Source: Antechinus flavipes (lineage: Eukaryota). Taken from it: a DNA stretch of 64,000 nucleotides. How positions within the stretch are numbered: position 1 is the first letter of the stretch; every line of letters begins with the position of its first letter. The position numbers and the translations under genes were made by a program. The stretch covers positions 48,360,001 through 48,424,000 of the forward strand of contig NC_067399.1 of the NCBI RefSeq assembly GCF_016432865.1. The letters are read 5' to 3'. Under the pieces are notes generated by a model. That model saw nothing but the letters and a program-made list of their open reading frames with translations. It searched no databases and was not told the DNA's origin. Below, piece by piece: positions 24,818 through 37,086 of the stretch.

Positions 24818-25318
24818 CTGGCAGGGAGAAAACAAAAAAGAATTTGGTTTTCAAAGAAACAGAGTCCCAGTTTTCTCCAACAACTAGCTGTGGCGTGAAT
24901 CTTCTATCACCTTACCCCTCCTTCTCTGTATTCTAGCACGTTATCTAACTCTAGTATCTCTGCCTTGAAGTCCTACATTCCTGTATAACATCCTCAGCCC
25001 TGAGCTGAGGATCTAATAGTACTAATTGAGGAATACTGGAGAGAATGTAACAAATTCCAGTCCTTATTTGTTAGGAGACGCCACATTAAAGCAACAAGTC
25101 ACATAAGCTACTGCTTTTAATAAATCTTAGGAATATTCTTGGGATTTCTGTTTTGGATTTGGTTTTCTAGTCTGGGGGACCTGACATGGATCACCTTGGA
25201 CATCTGCGGACAAGGGGGATAGTCCCTCTCAGAGACCAGATAAGACATCTCTTGCAACAAGCACAAAAGTAACAATTCCTGTGAGAGTCATTCATCAGAC
25301 CCCTAAAATGCCCTTTAC

Positions 25319-25403
25319 CTTTCTGTCGTTCTAAAGTCCGCTCAAGCTGGATTTTGTCTGGGGCAACATGGAACAGCTTCACAGACCCATCCTCACAACC
25401 TAT
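25319..25403 (-). CDS. UTP4: UTP4 coding exon (85 nt)
   Basis: IGCEDGSVKLFHVAPDKIQLERTLERQK-G; tgacag| and |gtaaag. Confidence 0.96.
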
Positions 25404-26659
25404 CTGTCAGGAGAAAAAGAGAAATAGAAAAGATGAACATATGTGAAAATAAATAAAAATGCTAAAGTTTTTTTTTTTAATTAAAGAAAATATTTTGAAA
25501 GAGAGAATTCTGGAGTCAGGAAAACCACATCCTGGTAAACAAAACAAGCTCATCAGTATTCTAAAGAGAAAGGTTACAGTGATGTCCATCAGGGTATTTG
25601 CTCAGAGCGAAGCACAACAGACACACTAATGGTTGAGCCAGAAAGACCACTGGGCTTGGGAGTCAGGAAGGAGGAGCTAAGTTTGGACCCTAATGATCAC
25701 TAACTCCTTAAATTCCTTAATTCCTCTGACTCAGCTTCCTAATTTCCTAGATGGGAAGAGAAAATGAAACTACTTACAACACTGTGACAGAATGCTCCAA
25801 ACCAGGAATCAAGGGGAGAGGCTTCTGGAAACCCCTGAAGCTCCCTCTCCTTTCTACCGAAGGTGACGAAGGGAGAGCTGTGACTGGGCCCAAGCATTCT
25901 GGAGAACAATGCGGCAGAACGCCAAAAGTCGATACATACTCCATGTGCTTCGTAATATCTTCACAGAGTGGCATTATTTTATGGTAGCAAAATACAGGAA
26001 AAATACAATTGTAGTACATGAATGGGCTGGACTTTTACTGACCATATTGGAAGATGACAAATACCAAGAATTCAGGGAAATTTGGAAGAGCACATATGAA
26101 TTAAACCAGAGAGAAGTAACTGGGATGAGGAGAACAAGTAGGTTACCAGACAACAGAATGTCCATCAATGTTATGATTAATCAAAGTTTTAGGTGAAATT
26201 GAAATATAACTCATTCTTCTTATAAAGGGGTGAGGCAATGACCTATAGTTAATAAATAAAACAAATACTAACAAATAAGGCCAACGTGTTCATTTATTTT
26301 GCTTAGCTATATTTGCTTTATGGGAGGATTTTAGGGGAAAAGTCATTGGGAAATAAAACTAATATAAAAAGAGCATTAATAGATATTTTTAATTTTTTAA
26401 GAAGACAATTAAGGAAAAATAAATGAATATAAATAGGCTAAAAACAAAGTATGAATAATCTCAATATGAGCTCCAATTCCATCACTGGGGATATTCCAAA
26501 AGCAGGATAGGGTAGAAATCTCTACCAAAGAACCATATTCTGAAAGAAAATTTTCCTTAATTCTCTATTGTTATGCAGAAAGAAACCTCAGTGAGCCTGA
26601 AAAAAAACCTCATAATATGTATTTATAGTAATAATCCCCTTTCCCCCCCATACACTAAC

Positions 26660-26851
26660 CGCAAGATATGAGCCACTTGGGTCAGCAGCCATGCTCCAAA
26701 TGGGACCACCAAAGCCATCAACAGAATATTTGACACTCAGCTTTTCCAAGTCATACTCAATAATGTCACCATTGAGTCCAGCACTGAAGAGCCGCTGTCC
26801 TTTTGCCCAGCACATAGCTTCTGTGGATCGACCCTCATGGCCTGGGAAATA
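26660..26851 (-). CDS. UTP4: UTP4 coding exon (192 nt)
   Basis: YFPGHEGRSTEAMCWAKGQRLFSAGLNGDIIEYDLEKLSVKYSVDGFGGPIWSMAADPSGSYLA; ttgtag| and |gttagt; phase 0/0. Confidence 0.96.
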
Positions 26852-27085
26852 CTACAAAAACACAGTAATACTTCAGTTGTTAAAAAATCATGATCATTTA
26901 TTAGCATCTACTGAGTAGTCAGACAATGCATAGAATTGCTATCACCCAAAGCAGATGAAACAATCTGATTTGTTTCTGAAAATATTTAGATGTTTTGTTT
27001 CTGTTCTTATCAGTGTATGTTTAGTTTTGAGAAGCACTGCCAACCCCTGCTTGAGATATCCTGGTTCTGTGATTATCAGGAGGTC

Positions 27086-27698
27086 CTATAACTTTATTTT
27101 CCAGAACATGTATGTGGACAATTCTTCAACATTAGCCCTTGCAAAACCTTCTATTTCAACTTTTCCCCTCCTTCCCTCCACCCCCTCCCCTAGATGGCAG
27201 TCAGACCAATACATATTAAATATGTTAAAGTATATGTTAAATACAATATATGTATACATATCCACAGTTATTTTGCTGCACAAGAAAAATCAGACTTAGA
27301 AATAAGGTAAAAATAACCTGAGAAGGAAATCAAAATGCAAGCAGACAAAAACAGAGGGAGTGGAAATGCCATGTTGTGATTCACACTCATTTCTCATTGT
27401 ACTTTCACTGGGTATAGCTGGTTCTATTCATTACTGCTCTACTGGAACTGATTTGGTTCATCTCATTGCTGGAGAGGGCCACGTCCATCAGAATTGATCA
27501 TCGTATAATATTGTTATTAAAGTAAATAATGATCTCCTGGTCCTGCTCATTTCACTCAGCATCAGTTCATCTAAGTCTCTCCAGGCCTTTCTGTAAATAT
27601 CCTGCTGGTCATTTCTTACAGGACAATAATATTCCATAACATTCATATACCACAATTTATTCAGCCATTCTCCAATTGATAGGCATCCATTCAATTTT
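27086..27698 (-). mobile_element. 5'-truncated L1 (3' UTR plus end of ORF2)
   Basis: Homologous to 28133-28760 over ~600 bp; AWRDLDELMLSE remnant; no clear TSD. Confidence 0.88.
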
Positions 27699-27893
27699 GT
27701 GGAAATATATTTAGAAGAATTGCACGTGTTTAAGCCATTCAATTATTTGCTGTCTGGAGGTAGAAAAATTTGGAACACAAGATTTTGTAAGGGTGAATGT
27801 TGAAAACTGTTTTTGTCTGTATTTTGAAAAATAAAAAGCTGTTGTTATTTTTTAAAAAATCTATACTATAATAATGAGAATAGCAACAACAAA

Positions 27894-27898
<5 letters not shown>

Positions 27899-27934
<36 letters not shown>
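27899..27934. repeat. (CA)n microsatellite
   Basis: About 18 CA units. Confidence 0.95.
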
Positions 27935-27939
<5 letters not shown>

Positions 27940-28132
27940 TTCTGAACGTTCCTATGGGGACTAAGGAATACTTTTATGGAAGCTGCTGGCCTAAACAGGG
28001 AAGAAAATTAAAAGTGCTTAAACAATCAATCAATCAGCAAGAATCTAGTTCTTTAATATATATAAGGCTCTGTGCCCAGTACTGGATAATACAAAAAACC
28101 AAAAGTAGTCCCTGCCCACAAGGAACTTAAAA

Positions 28133-29026
28133 AAATTTTTTTTTACTTTTTATTATTTTTTTTATTATAGTTTTTTATTTACAAGATATATGCATGGGTA
28201 ATTTTTCAGCATTGAGAATTGCAAGACCTTTTGTTTCAACTTTCCCCCTCCTTGCTCCCACCTCCTCCCCTAGACGGCAGATTGACCAATGGATGTTAAA
28301 TATGTTGAAGTATAAGTTAAATACAATATATGTATACATGCCCAAACAGTTATTTTGCTGTATAAAAAGAATCGGACTCTGAAATAGTGTACAATTAGCC
28401 TGTGAAGGAAATCAAAAATGCAGGCGGGCAAAAATAGAGGGATTGGGAATGCTATGTAGTGGTTCGTAGTCATCTCCCAGAGTTCTTTCATTGGGTGTAG
28501 CTGGTTCTCTTCATTATTGAACAAATGGAACTGATTTGGTTCATCTCACTGTTGAAGAGGGCCACGTCCATCAGAATTGATTATCATGTAGTATTGTTCT
28601 TGAAGTATATAATGATCTCCTGGTCCTGCTCATTTCACTCAGCATCAGTTCCTGTAAGTCTCTCCAGGCTTCTCTGGTCTCAGGCCTCTCATCCTGCTGG
28701 TCATTTCTTATAGAACAATAATATTCCATAATATTCATGTACCAACCATTCTCCAATTGATGGGCATCCACTCACTTTCCAGTTTCTGGCCACTACAAAC
28801 AGGGCTGCCACAAACATTTTGGCACATACAGGTTCCTTTCCCTTCTTTAAAATCTCTTTGGGGTATAAGCCCAGTAGAAACACTGCTGGATCAAAGGGTA
28901 TGCACAGTTTGATAACTTTTTGAGCATAGTTCCAAATTGCTCTCCAGAATCGCTGGATGTGTTCACAGTTCCACCAACAATGTATCAATGTCCCAGTTTC
29001 CCACATCCCCTCCAACATTCCGCATT
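28133..29026 (-). mobile_element. 5'-truncated L1
   Basis: T-rich tail at 28136-28170, ORF2 C-terminal remnants (HCWWNCEHIQRFW; AWRDLQELMLSE), 11-bp TSD GGAACTTAAAA (28122-28132 and 29027-29037). Confidence 0.92.
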
Positions 29027-29419
29027 GGAACTTAAAATTCTAACAGAGTAACTATATATAAACAAATGGGTAAATGCTGAATAGTTGAAAGGCAGCCATA
29101 GTAGGTAGAAGTGGCAAGGTCAGGGAGCAGCAAAGGCCTAGATAGAGAGACCAACAAAGATCTGGCCTTTTACCAATTTTATTATAATTTTTTAAATATT
29201 TCACTTCCCCCCAATTAAACGGAAAAACAATTTTTAACATTTGTTCTTCCAAATTTTTGAGTTCCATGTCCCACCCCCACCAACTAGTAAAGCATCAAAA
29301 TGCTTGAAGACAAGCCATTTGATATAAGTTATAAATGAGCAAAATGTATTTCCTAGTTAATCATGTTGTGAGAGAAAACACCAAGAAATCCCAAGAAAAA
29401 TAAAGAACATTTTATCAGT

Positions 29420-30976
29420 CTTAAAAGAAATCAGGAATTCTGAGAGTATATGGTTGGGAAAGAGCCTTTTAGGCAGAGGAAACAGCCAGCAACAAAGGCA
29501 CAGACAACAGTCCCTTTAAGGAACCACTGAGGAGACTGCTGTGGCTGACCAAGAGGCCTCAGAGGGGAGCAGATGGCAAGAAACATGGCCAGGCAGGAAG
29601 AGGACAGGCCGAAAGAGCCCAAGAATCTGTCCTCGATCCCGGAGGAAGAGGGAGCCAAAGGGTGGCACAGTCAGTGTGGAGAGTGGAGGTGGGGAAACCA
29701 AGGAGAAAGCTGCTCAACAACGGAAGTGAGGGGAGATGAAGGCCCCACAAAGGCGGTGGCCACATGCAAGAGATGTCGTGGATCAAAGATATGACCACTG
29801 GTTAGACATGAAGAGCAAGTGGGAAAGAAGAGCTGAGGTTTTGGCCCTGAGTGAGCATAAAATGATTCTATACCATCATGAGATAATTCAGAAGAGAGAA
29901 AAGTTTGGGAGGGAATACAACCAGTTTTATATTGGACATGATTACCTGGAAATGCCCACTGGCACATCCAATTCAAAATGTCCAAAAAGGAGATGGCAAT
30001 GTAGGATTGGAGATCAAGAGAGGAACCAAGACCTGTGACTCATCTGCATAACAGAAATAATAACTAGCATTTAAATAAATTTAATTTAAATTTAATAAAT
30101 TTAATTTAAATACTTTAAGGTTTGCAAAACACTGTACCCAAGTTACCTCATTTCTCACAATAAAATGAAGTGGACACTTTTATTATTCCAATTCACCAGA
30201 AAATTATGATTTTCATCATCAAGATGATGTATGTAATGAATACACTAATAATTTAAGTCTCTTAGAGCTGCCTCTCCTGGCCTGAGAGTCAGTCTTACAA
30301 TGCAATTTAGAGACCAAGACAGTAAAATGCAGTTACAGGTGAAATTTTAACTTAGCTCTTCCAAGTCCAGCACTGTTCACTGACCCCACTGAGAGCTCAA
30401 GAGGTCACTAAGTGAGAGATTAAAGAAAAGAGAACCAAAACAGAGCCTAGATTGGGTGGGCATGGCATAAGTGAGGAGTGAGCAAATTAACATTAGGAGG
30501 AATGCCAAGAAAAAGGAGGTGTCAAATGATGCAGAAAGAGCAAGAAAGATGAAGATTAAGAGTAGGTCTGGCATTCAATCACTGAGCACTGTAACGATGG
30601 GAGAGTAATTTCAGTGGAATGATAAAGTCAGTAACTAGATTGCACAGATTTTTAGATGAGTGTGGATGAGAAGAATTAGAAACACTGACTAAATACATTT
30701 TCCCCCTTTCCCTTCCCCTCAAGAGAGTTTAGCTGAAAGAAGAAAAGTATAGGCTGAGGGTTGAAGGTTCTGACAGAATCAAATGAAGGCTTTTTAAGGA
30801 TAAGGGAGAGGGGGCAATGTTTATAAGCATCAGAGAAAAGCATTAAGAGATAGGGAGAGGGGGCAGCTAGATGGGGCAGTGAATAGAGCACCAGCCCTGA
30901 AGTCAGGAGGACCTGAGTTCAAATGTGACCTTAGACACTTAACACTTTCTGCTTGTGCTTAGCAAAAAAGAGAGAA

Positions 30977-31017
<41 letters not shown>

Positions 31018-31330
31018 CTGAAAATAACAGAGAGAGTGTGCATGATGCTAGGGACAACTTGCAGGAAAAGATCAATGATCCATGGATTATCCTTGGCAAG
31101 CAAAAGAGCTGCCTCATCCTTAGGAGGAGGAATGAATAAAGGAGAAGACAATGGTAGACAAGAGGATGTGAGATGAAGAAGAGGGAAGAAGTGGTTCTGT
31201 GCAAATGGCCACTATTTTGCTCAGTGAAGTATGAGGGGAAGTCTTCAGTATAGATTGAGGGGTGGTGTGGAGGTGGTGAAGCAGCACAGGAAACTTGAGA
31301 GAAGTTACTAGTGAGAAAGACAGAATCATT
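29420..31330 (-). mobile_element. Fragmented ancient L2-like LINE with later SINE and microsatellite insertions
   Basis: Purine-rich degenerate sequence with recognisable L2-type phrases; boundaries approximate. Confidence 0.45.
30968..31016. repeat. (GA)n microsatellite, interrupted
   Basis: agagagaaagagagaaa(ga)n. Confidence 0.95.
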
Positions 31331-32275
31331 TAGGGAGGAGCACTGAGCTCCCTCCCCTCAATCTCCCCTGAATATTAATTAACTAGCAAATATAGAATGT
31401 GCTCAGAAAGTTACTAAATTGTGCCTGCCTTTTGACTCAAAAATATTTATAGATCTCATGGTAGTAAAAAATGGGAACTAAGTAGGTGTCCTATTAGGGA
31501 AACACATAGGAATATAAACAGAATACTACTGTATCATAAGAAATGATGAAATGGACAGCTTCAGAAAAAAACTTTATGGATTGAGATAGAGCAAAATGAG
31601 CAAAACTTGGAGAAAAAATGTATACAATAGTAACGTTACACAAAAAACAACTCAGTGCTATAAGAAATGATGAGCAAATTGACTAGAAAAACATGGAAAA
31701 AACTGCAAGACCAATGAAGAGCGAAATGAGCAGAACTAAAAGAAAGCTGTCCACAAGTAAGAATAATATTGTTCAAAGAATAACAGTGAATGACTAAGTC
31801 ATTCTGAGTATTATAAATACTCAAGTCAACTCCAAAGGACTTAAGAAAGAAGATGTTATCCTATCATCTCTGTGTCAAACAGTAGTGTTCTCTAGTGCAG
31901 GGTGGAGAGAGGAGAGAAGACAACTGGAAACTTAAAATATAACAAAAAATTAAATTTAAAAGAAAAAACAATTGAAAAAAGAAAAAAAAGCAAATTAAAG
32001 TCCAAAAGACTTCTTAGAACTTGGATGAACTTGATAATAAGCCAGGAATCCAAAAGAAAGCAACAAGCTACTCACCTTTCAACAGAGAGGTGATTAACTT
32101 AAAATGCAGAAAGAGATATATTTTCAGACATGGCTAAAGTGGAAGGTTGTTGTGCCAGCCTATGCTATGAATTGAAGGCGTTAAAGGGTTTTGACAGGAA
32201 GTTTTTATTTTTTGCTGGGGGGTGGGAGAGAAGTCTAGAGGGACACAGATTAATTTTTTTAAAATATTAAACTGA

Positions 32276-34005
32276 CCCAAAGACTCCAGTTTTTGGGATA
32301 AGAATTCACTATTTGACAAAAACTGCAGGGAAAATTGGAAACTAGTATGGCAGAAACTAGGTACTGCACACTTAACACCGTATATCAAGATAAGGTCAAA
32401 ATGAGTTCTTGCTCTAGACATAAAAAATGGTATTATAAATTAGAAGAACACAGAATAGTTTACCTCTCAGACCTGTGAGAAGGAATTCCTTGGTAGTGAT
32501 CAAAGAAGAACCAGAGATCATTATTGATCACAAAACAGATAATTTTGATTATATTAAGTTAAGAAGTTTTTGTACAAACAAAATTAATGCAGACAAGATT
32601 AGAAGGGAAGCAATAAACTGGGAAAACATTTTTACAATCAAAGGTTCTGATAAAGGCCTCATTTCCAAAATAAACAGAGAACTGACTCAAACTTATAAGA
32701 AATCAAGCCATTCTCCATTTGATAAATGGGCAAAGGATATGAATAGACAATTTTCAGATGAAGTAATTGAAACTATTTCTAGTCACATGAAAAGGTGCTC
32801 CAAATCATTATCAAAGAAATGCAAATTAAAACAACTCCGAGATACCACTACACACCTCTTGGATTGGCTGAGATAACAGGAAAAGATAATGACAAATGTT
32901 GGAGGGGATGTGGGAAAACTGGGACATTGATGCATTGTTGGTGGAGTTGTGAATACATCCAGCCATTCTGGAGAGCAATCTGGAATTATGCCCAAAGGTT
33001 ATCGAACTGTGCATTCCCTTTGATCCAGCAGTGTTTCTACTGGGCTTATATCCCAAAAAGATCTTAAAGGGGGGAAAGTGTAGAGGACGGAATTTTGGAG
33101 AAGTATACTTGAAACAAAGTGTTAACTCAGTGGAATTGATGAGATAATGGTTCTCTAAGTTCACACATAATCAGTATGCTATACTGATGTAATTAGAATA
33201 AGGTATATAAGGGCTAAAAGGGACTGCAAGAGACATTTTATCTTTGACCAGCCTCTGGTAGCTCTTCTGCCTTCTGCACTTCTCCATTGAGACCAAGGAC
33301 ATTCTGGAGATCCTCTAGAAAGCTAGCCTGGACATTACAGGAAAGGGACCCATATATGTTGTTTGTGGCAGCCCTTTTTATAGTGGCTAGAAACTGGAAA
33401 CTAAGTGGATGCCCGTCAATTGGGGAATGGCTGAATAAATAGTGGTATTTGAATATTATGGAATATTATTGTTCTGTAAGAAATGATCAGCAGGATAATT
33501 TCAGAGAGGCCTGGAGAGACTTACATGAACTGATGGTAAATGAAGTGAGCAGAACCAGGAGATCATATACACAGCAACAACAAAACTATATGATGATCAA
33601 TTCTGATGGACGTGGCTCTCTTCAACAATGAGATGATTCAAACCAGTTCCAATTGTTCAGTAATGAAGAAAGCCATCTACACTCAGAGAGAGAACTATGG
33701 GAATTGAATGTGGACCACAACGTAGCATTTTCACTTTTTCTGTTATTGTTTGCTTGCATTTTTGTTTCCGTATCAGGTTTTTTTTTTTTCTTTCTAGATC
33801 TGATTTTTCTTGTTATCAAGATAACTGTATAAATATGTATACATATATTGGATTTAACATATATTTTAGCATATTTAACATGTATTCATCTAGGGAAGAG
33901 GGTGGGAGGAAAGAGGGGAAAATTTGGAACAGGCTTTGCAAGGGGTCAATGTTGAAAAATTACTCATGCATATGTTTTGTCAATAAAAAGCTATAATAAA
34001 AAAAA
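32276..34005 (+). mobile_element. 5'-truncated L1 (ORF2 C-terminal part, 3' UTR, poly-A), interrupted by the solo LTR
   Basis: Degenerate ORF2 peptides (FDYIKLRSFCT, KGLISKI, HCWWSCEYIQPFW, WRDLHELM); G-rich 3' UTR and A-tail near 33990-34004. Confidence 0.92.
33079..33339 (+). mobile_element. Solo ERV LTR (261 bp) inserted in L1
   Basis: TGTA...TACA termini; 6-bp TSD GGAAAG (33073-33078 and 33340-33345); TATATAA at 33204-33210; L1 sequence resumes seamlessly on both sides. Confidence 0.85.
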
Positions 34006-34679
34006 TTTAACTGAAACAACAAAAGTGAAAATCAAACATATATTAGCTGACATAAAAAAAGGAGAGGTAAGAGAAGAAAGATCTCTCAGATGCTAATTCA
34101 ATTAAAAGTTCATCACTTTTTAAACACTTACCAAATATTGGGCTGCCAGTTTTTATACTAAACTATTCTACTTCCTTAATCTTCATATAGCATCAGCAGT
34201 CCTTGACCTTTTCTGTCATAACCTTGGGGCAGTTTGGGACAGATCCCTTCTCAGAATATGTTGTTAAATGTATAAACTAAAATACATAGGATTACAAAGA
34301 AATCCCATTCCACTGAAATAAAGTTATCAAAATATATTTTTAGGAGTTCATGGACCCTCAAACTTATGCCTTTTAAGTTTTCAGTGCTGAACAGGACTTT
34401 AGAATCAATCTGGTTCAATCCCCTTATTTCAGTGAATAGAAAGTTGAAGCTTAGAAGGGCTAAGTCAGACAGCCTGACATCAAACAGTGACAAAATCAGG
34501 AACAAAGCTCAAACCTGTGGGCAACAAGCTCATCACTCTTTTCCATTCTGCAATTGCCTCTCAGCATGGTCAAAATGGGGATAAAAGGGGGAATCCCCTC
34601 CCATAGCAGGATTGCAAACAATCCATGACATGGAATCTTATCAATGATCTTTGAGATACATGCTGTAAACAATCTAGAG

Positions 34680-34869
34680 CAGGGATCCTCAAACTTTTTA
34701 AAAAGGGGGGTCAGTTCACTGTCCCTCAGACTGTTGGAAGGCCAGACTATAGTAAAAACAAAAACTTTGTTTTGTGGGCCTTTAAATAAAGAAACTTCAT
34801 AGCCCTGGGTGAGGGGGATAAATGTCCTCAGCTGCTGCATCTGGCCCGGCCGTAGTTTGAGGACCCCTG
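34680..34869. mobile_element. hAT (Charlie/OC1-like) MITE, 190 bp
   Basis: 16-bp TIRs CAGGGATCCTCAAACT and AGTTTGAGGACCCCTG (one mismatch). Left flank atctagag fits the Charlie target NTCTAGAN; right flank atagag looks like the same 8-mer minus 2 nt. Confidence 0.88.
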
Positions 34870-35408
34870 ATAGAGAATGAACTAGAGATCTTCCTTTTAA
34901 TATGTGACAAACTTCAGAATACCACCCAGGCTACCTGTCATTACCTACCTGACATAAAGGCAACTGTGTCAAGTTCCTAAGCATTTATTAAAGGCCTGAT
35001 CATGTGTCGGGTAATGGACTACCTCTCGAGGTCCCCTCTCTGACCACAATGCCCTTTTGTTTCTATCTTTGATTCTCTCTCTCTTCATCTTCATCTCATC
35101 CCTCAGCGTGTTCATCCTTTCCCCCATGTTGCCAATTTCTTACCTCTGTTCCTGCTATAACTTTCATCTTTAATTTCATTGTTATATACACATATGATCT
35201 TCTTCCCTTGCGAACCTTTAAGGGCACTCACACCAGATCATCAGGTTCATCATCCATATGCTCTGACCTAATCTTGAGCTATAAACACCAAAGGGTGAAA
35301 CCCCACTATTGCACCTAATTCCAACAGATGCTGCCTCTCTGCTACATTCCTCTTTATTTTTTATTTTTTCCCTTCATTGTTGACCTTTAACTTTATTAGA
35401 GCACATTT

Positions 35409-35536
35409 TTTTAAAAATAACTTTTTATTGACAGAATCCATGCCAGGGTAATTTTTTACAACATTACCCCTTGCACTCACTTCTGTTCCGATTTTTCCCC
35501 TCCCTCCCTCCAGCCCCTCCCCCAGATGGCAAGCGC
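35409..35536 (-). mobile_element. Very short L1 3'-end insertion
   Basis: Same family as 757-919 (ataactttttattgacagaatccatgccagg...); 8-bp TSD GCACATTT (35401-35408 and 35537-35544). Confidence 0.85.
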
Positions 35537-36927
35537 GCACATTTAACAGAGCCCACACCCCACTGTCCCCAGGAGCTGTTCCACATGCTCTGTTGTTCTC
35601 CCTCATTCCGGACCCTCCTGACCATTGATTGTGAGCTCCCTCATCCCTCTGTGGCACACTTTAAATGTCTTCTGCCTTTTTACACCTTCCCTGGCTCTCA
35701 GTTGAATTCTAACCCATATGGGTCCACCAACCTTCCTTCTCTGCCCCTCCCTGTAACACATTACTCACACAGCCCCTGTCCTCATTTAGGCCATTATGAG
35801 CTCTCCCCTCAACTGCAGAAGTAGCTTCCTAATTGGGCCTCCCTTTTCCAGTCTTTTTCTTCTCCATGATCTCCTACAAAGGAACCTTCCTGGTACAGAT
35901 CTGATATCAGCAGAGGCACTACTTGCCCTGCCCCTTCAAGCTGAGACTCTTCCTCCCTGAATTTTCCTGGTACTCAGTTAAGGGAGTTGTCTCCCCATCC
36001 CCTGGAGAATTTAACTTCAGTTTCTAAAGATGGGGGTTGTTTCATTTTGGTCTTTGTACCCCCCAAAGTCAAGAACAACACTGTGCACATACCAGGTGCT
36101 TAGGGAATTCTGAATTCAGATGGCTCAAAGGTCAAACATTACCTCTTTGCACTCACTATTCATCACTGGTAATAAGCCATAGGTACTCATTTCCCTTAAG
36201 TGCCCCACTCTTCTCTGCCCGGGCAGTCCCTGGCTGCTGTTATCCTCCTGAGTTCATGGTGCTCTATGATTCAAAGAAAACAGTCCTGTCCTGATGCTTG
36301 AGTTTCGTCAACAAGGTACACTGGTGGTCAGGCTGTCCTATTACTCAATTCTGGTCCTAGATCACTGCTCCTCAGCAATAAATAAGGAGCCATTTCAACC
36401 CAAACAGAGCAGTATGTGTTCCTGTACCCGCCAAGGTTTCTCCAAATGGGCGACCAGTCCAATCTTTTTCACATAACTTAGGATTTTTGTTGAAACAGAG
36501 ACTGACTGGCAGGAATCCCCAAATAGTAACAAAACTGAAAGAGAATTGGCACTTTTCTCCCTGATGTCCTCATAGGGATTTGGCCCAGATAAAATTCTAC
36601 AATTCTGCCCCGGAAAGGTTACAGGCACTGAAAAATTTATGGCTCTGAGGCAGTAGCCTAAGGAGCCTCTTGGTCAAGCTAAACAGCCCCAAATGAGTTG
36701 CTGTGAAAGGTTTGGGGCACTTTAGCCCAATGAGACCATAAAGTACAGCATGTGCTTATTACAGGGGAAAGCCATTTCTTAAGGGAACAGAGGCTCCTTC
36801 TTAACAGCAGGCACAGCAGGGGATGGGGCAGCCCTGGCTTTGCCCCCTCCCTCCTAGGACCAAAGTTTCTTCATCCACAAAAGGAAGCGGTCAGCCCAGA
36901 TGACCCAGGAAGCGACAGCACACCAAC

Positions 36928-37086
36928 CTTCTCCTGAAAGCTGTTGGCTGCCAGGTTGTAGATCTCCACTGTGCCATCCGACCGGGAGACAGCCAGCCTG
37001 TTGGACTGGTGATTGTAAGCCATACATCGGATCCCCACGGGGACATAGTTGAAGAAACGCACTCGATGAACCTTAAATTCACCCAT
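36928..37086 (-). CDS. UTP4: UTP4 (cirhin, U3 snoRNP t-UTP/UTP-A WD40 subunit) first coding exon (exon 2, begins 37088)
   Basis: Encodes MGEFKVHRVRFFNYVPVGIRCMAYNHQSNRLAVSRSDGTVEIYNLAANSFQEK, matching the recalled N-terminus of human UTP4. Acceptor ctctag|GA-ATG; donor AAG|gttggt; 159 coding nt. Confidence 0.97.

Noticed and set aside
32475-33164. 133-aa and 90-aa ORFs with reverse-transcriptase-family C-terminal similarity
   Set aside because: Frameshifted remnants of L1 ORF2, not a host gene.
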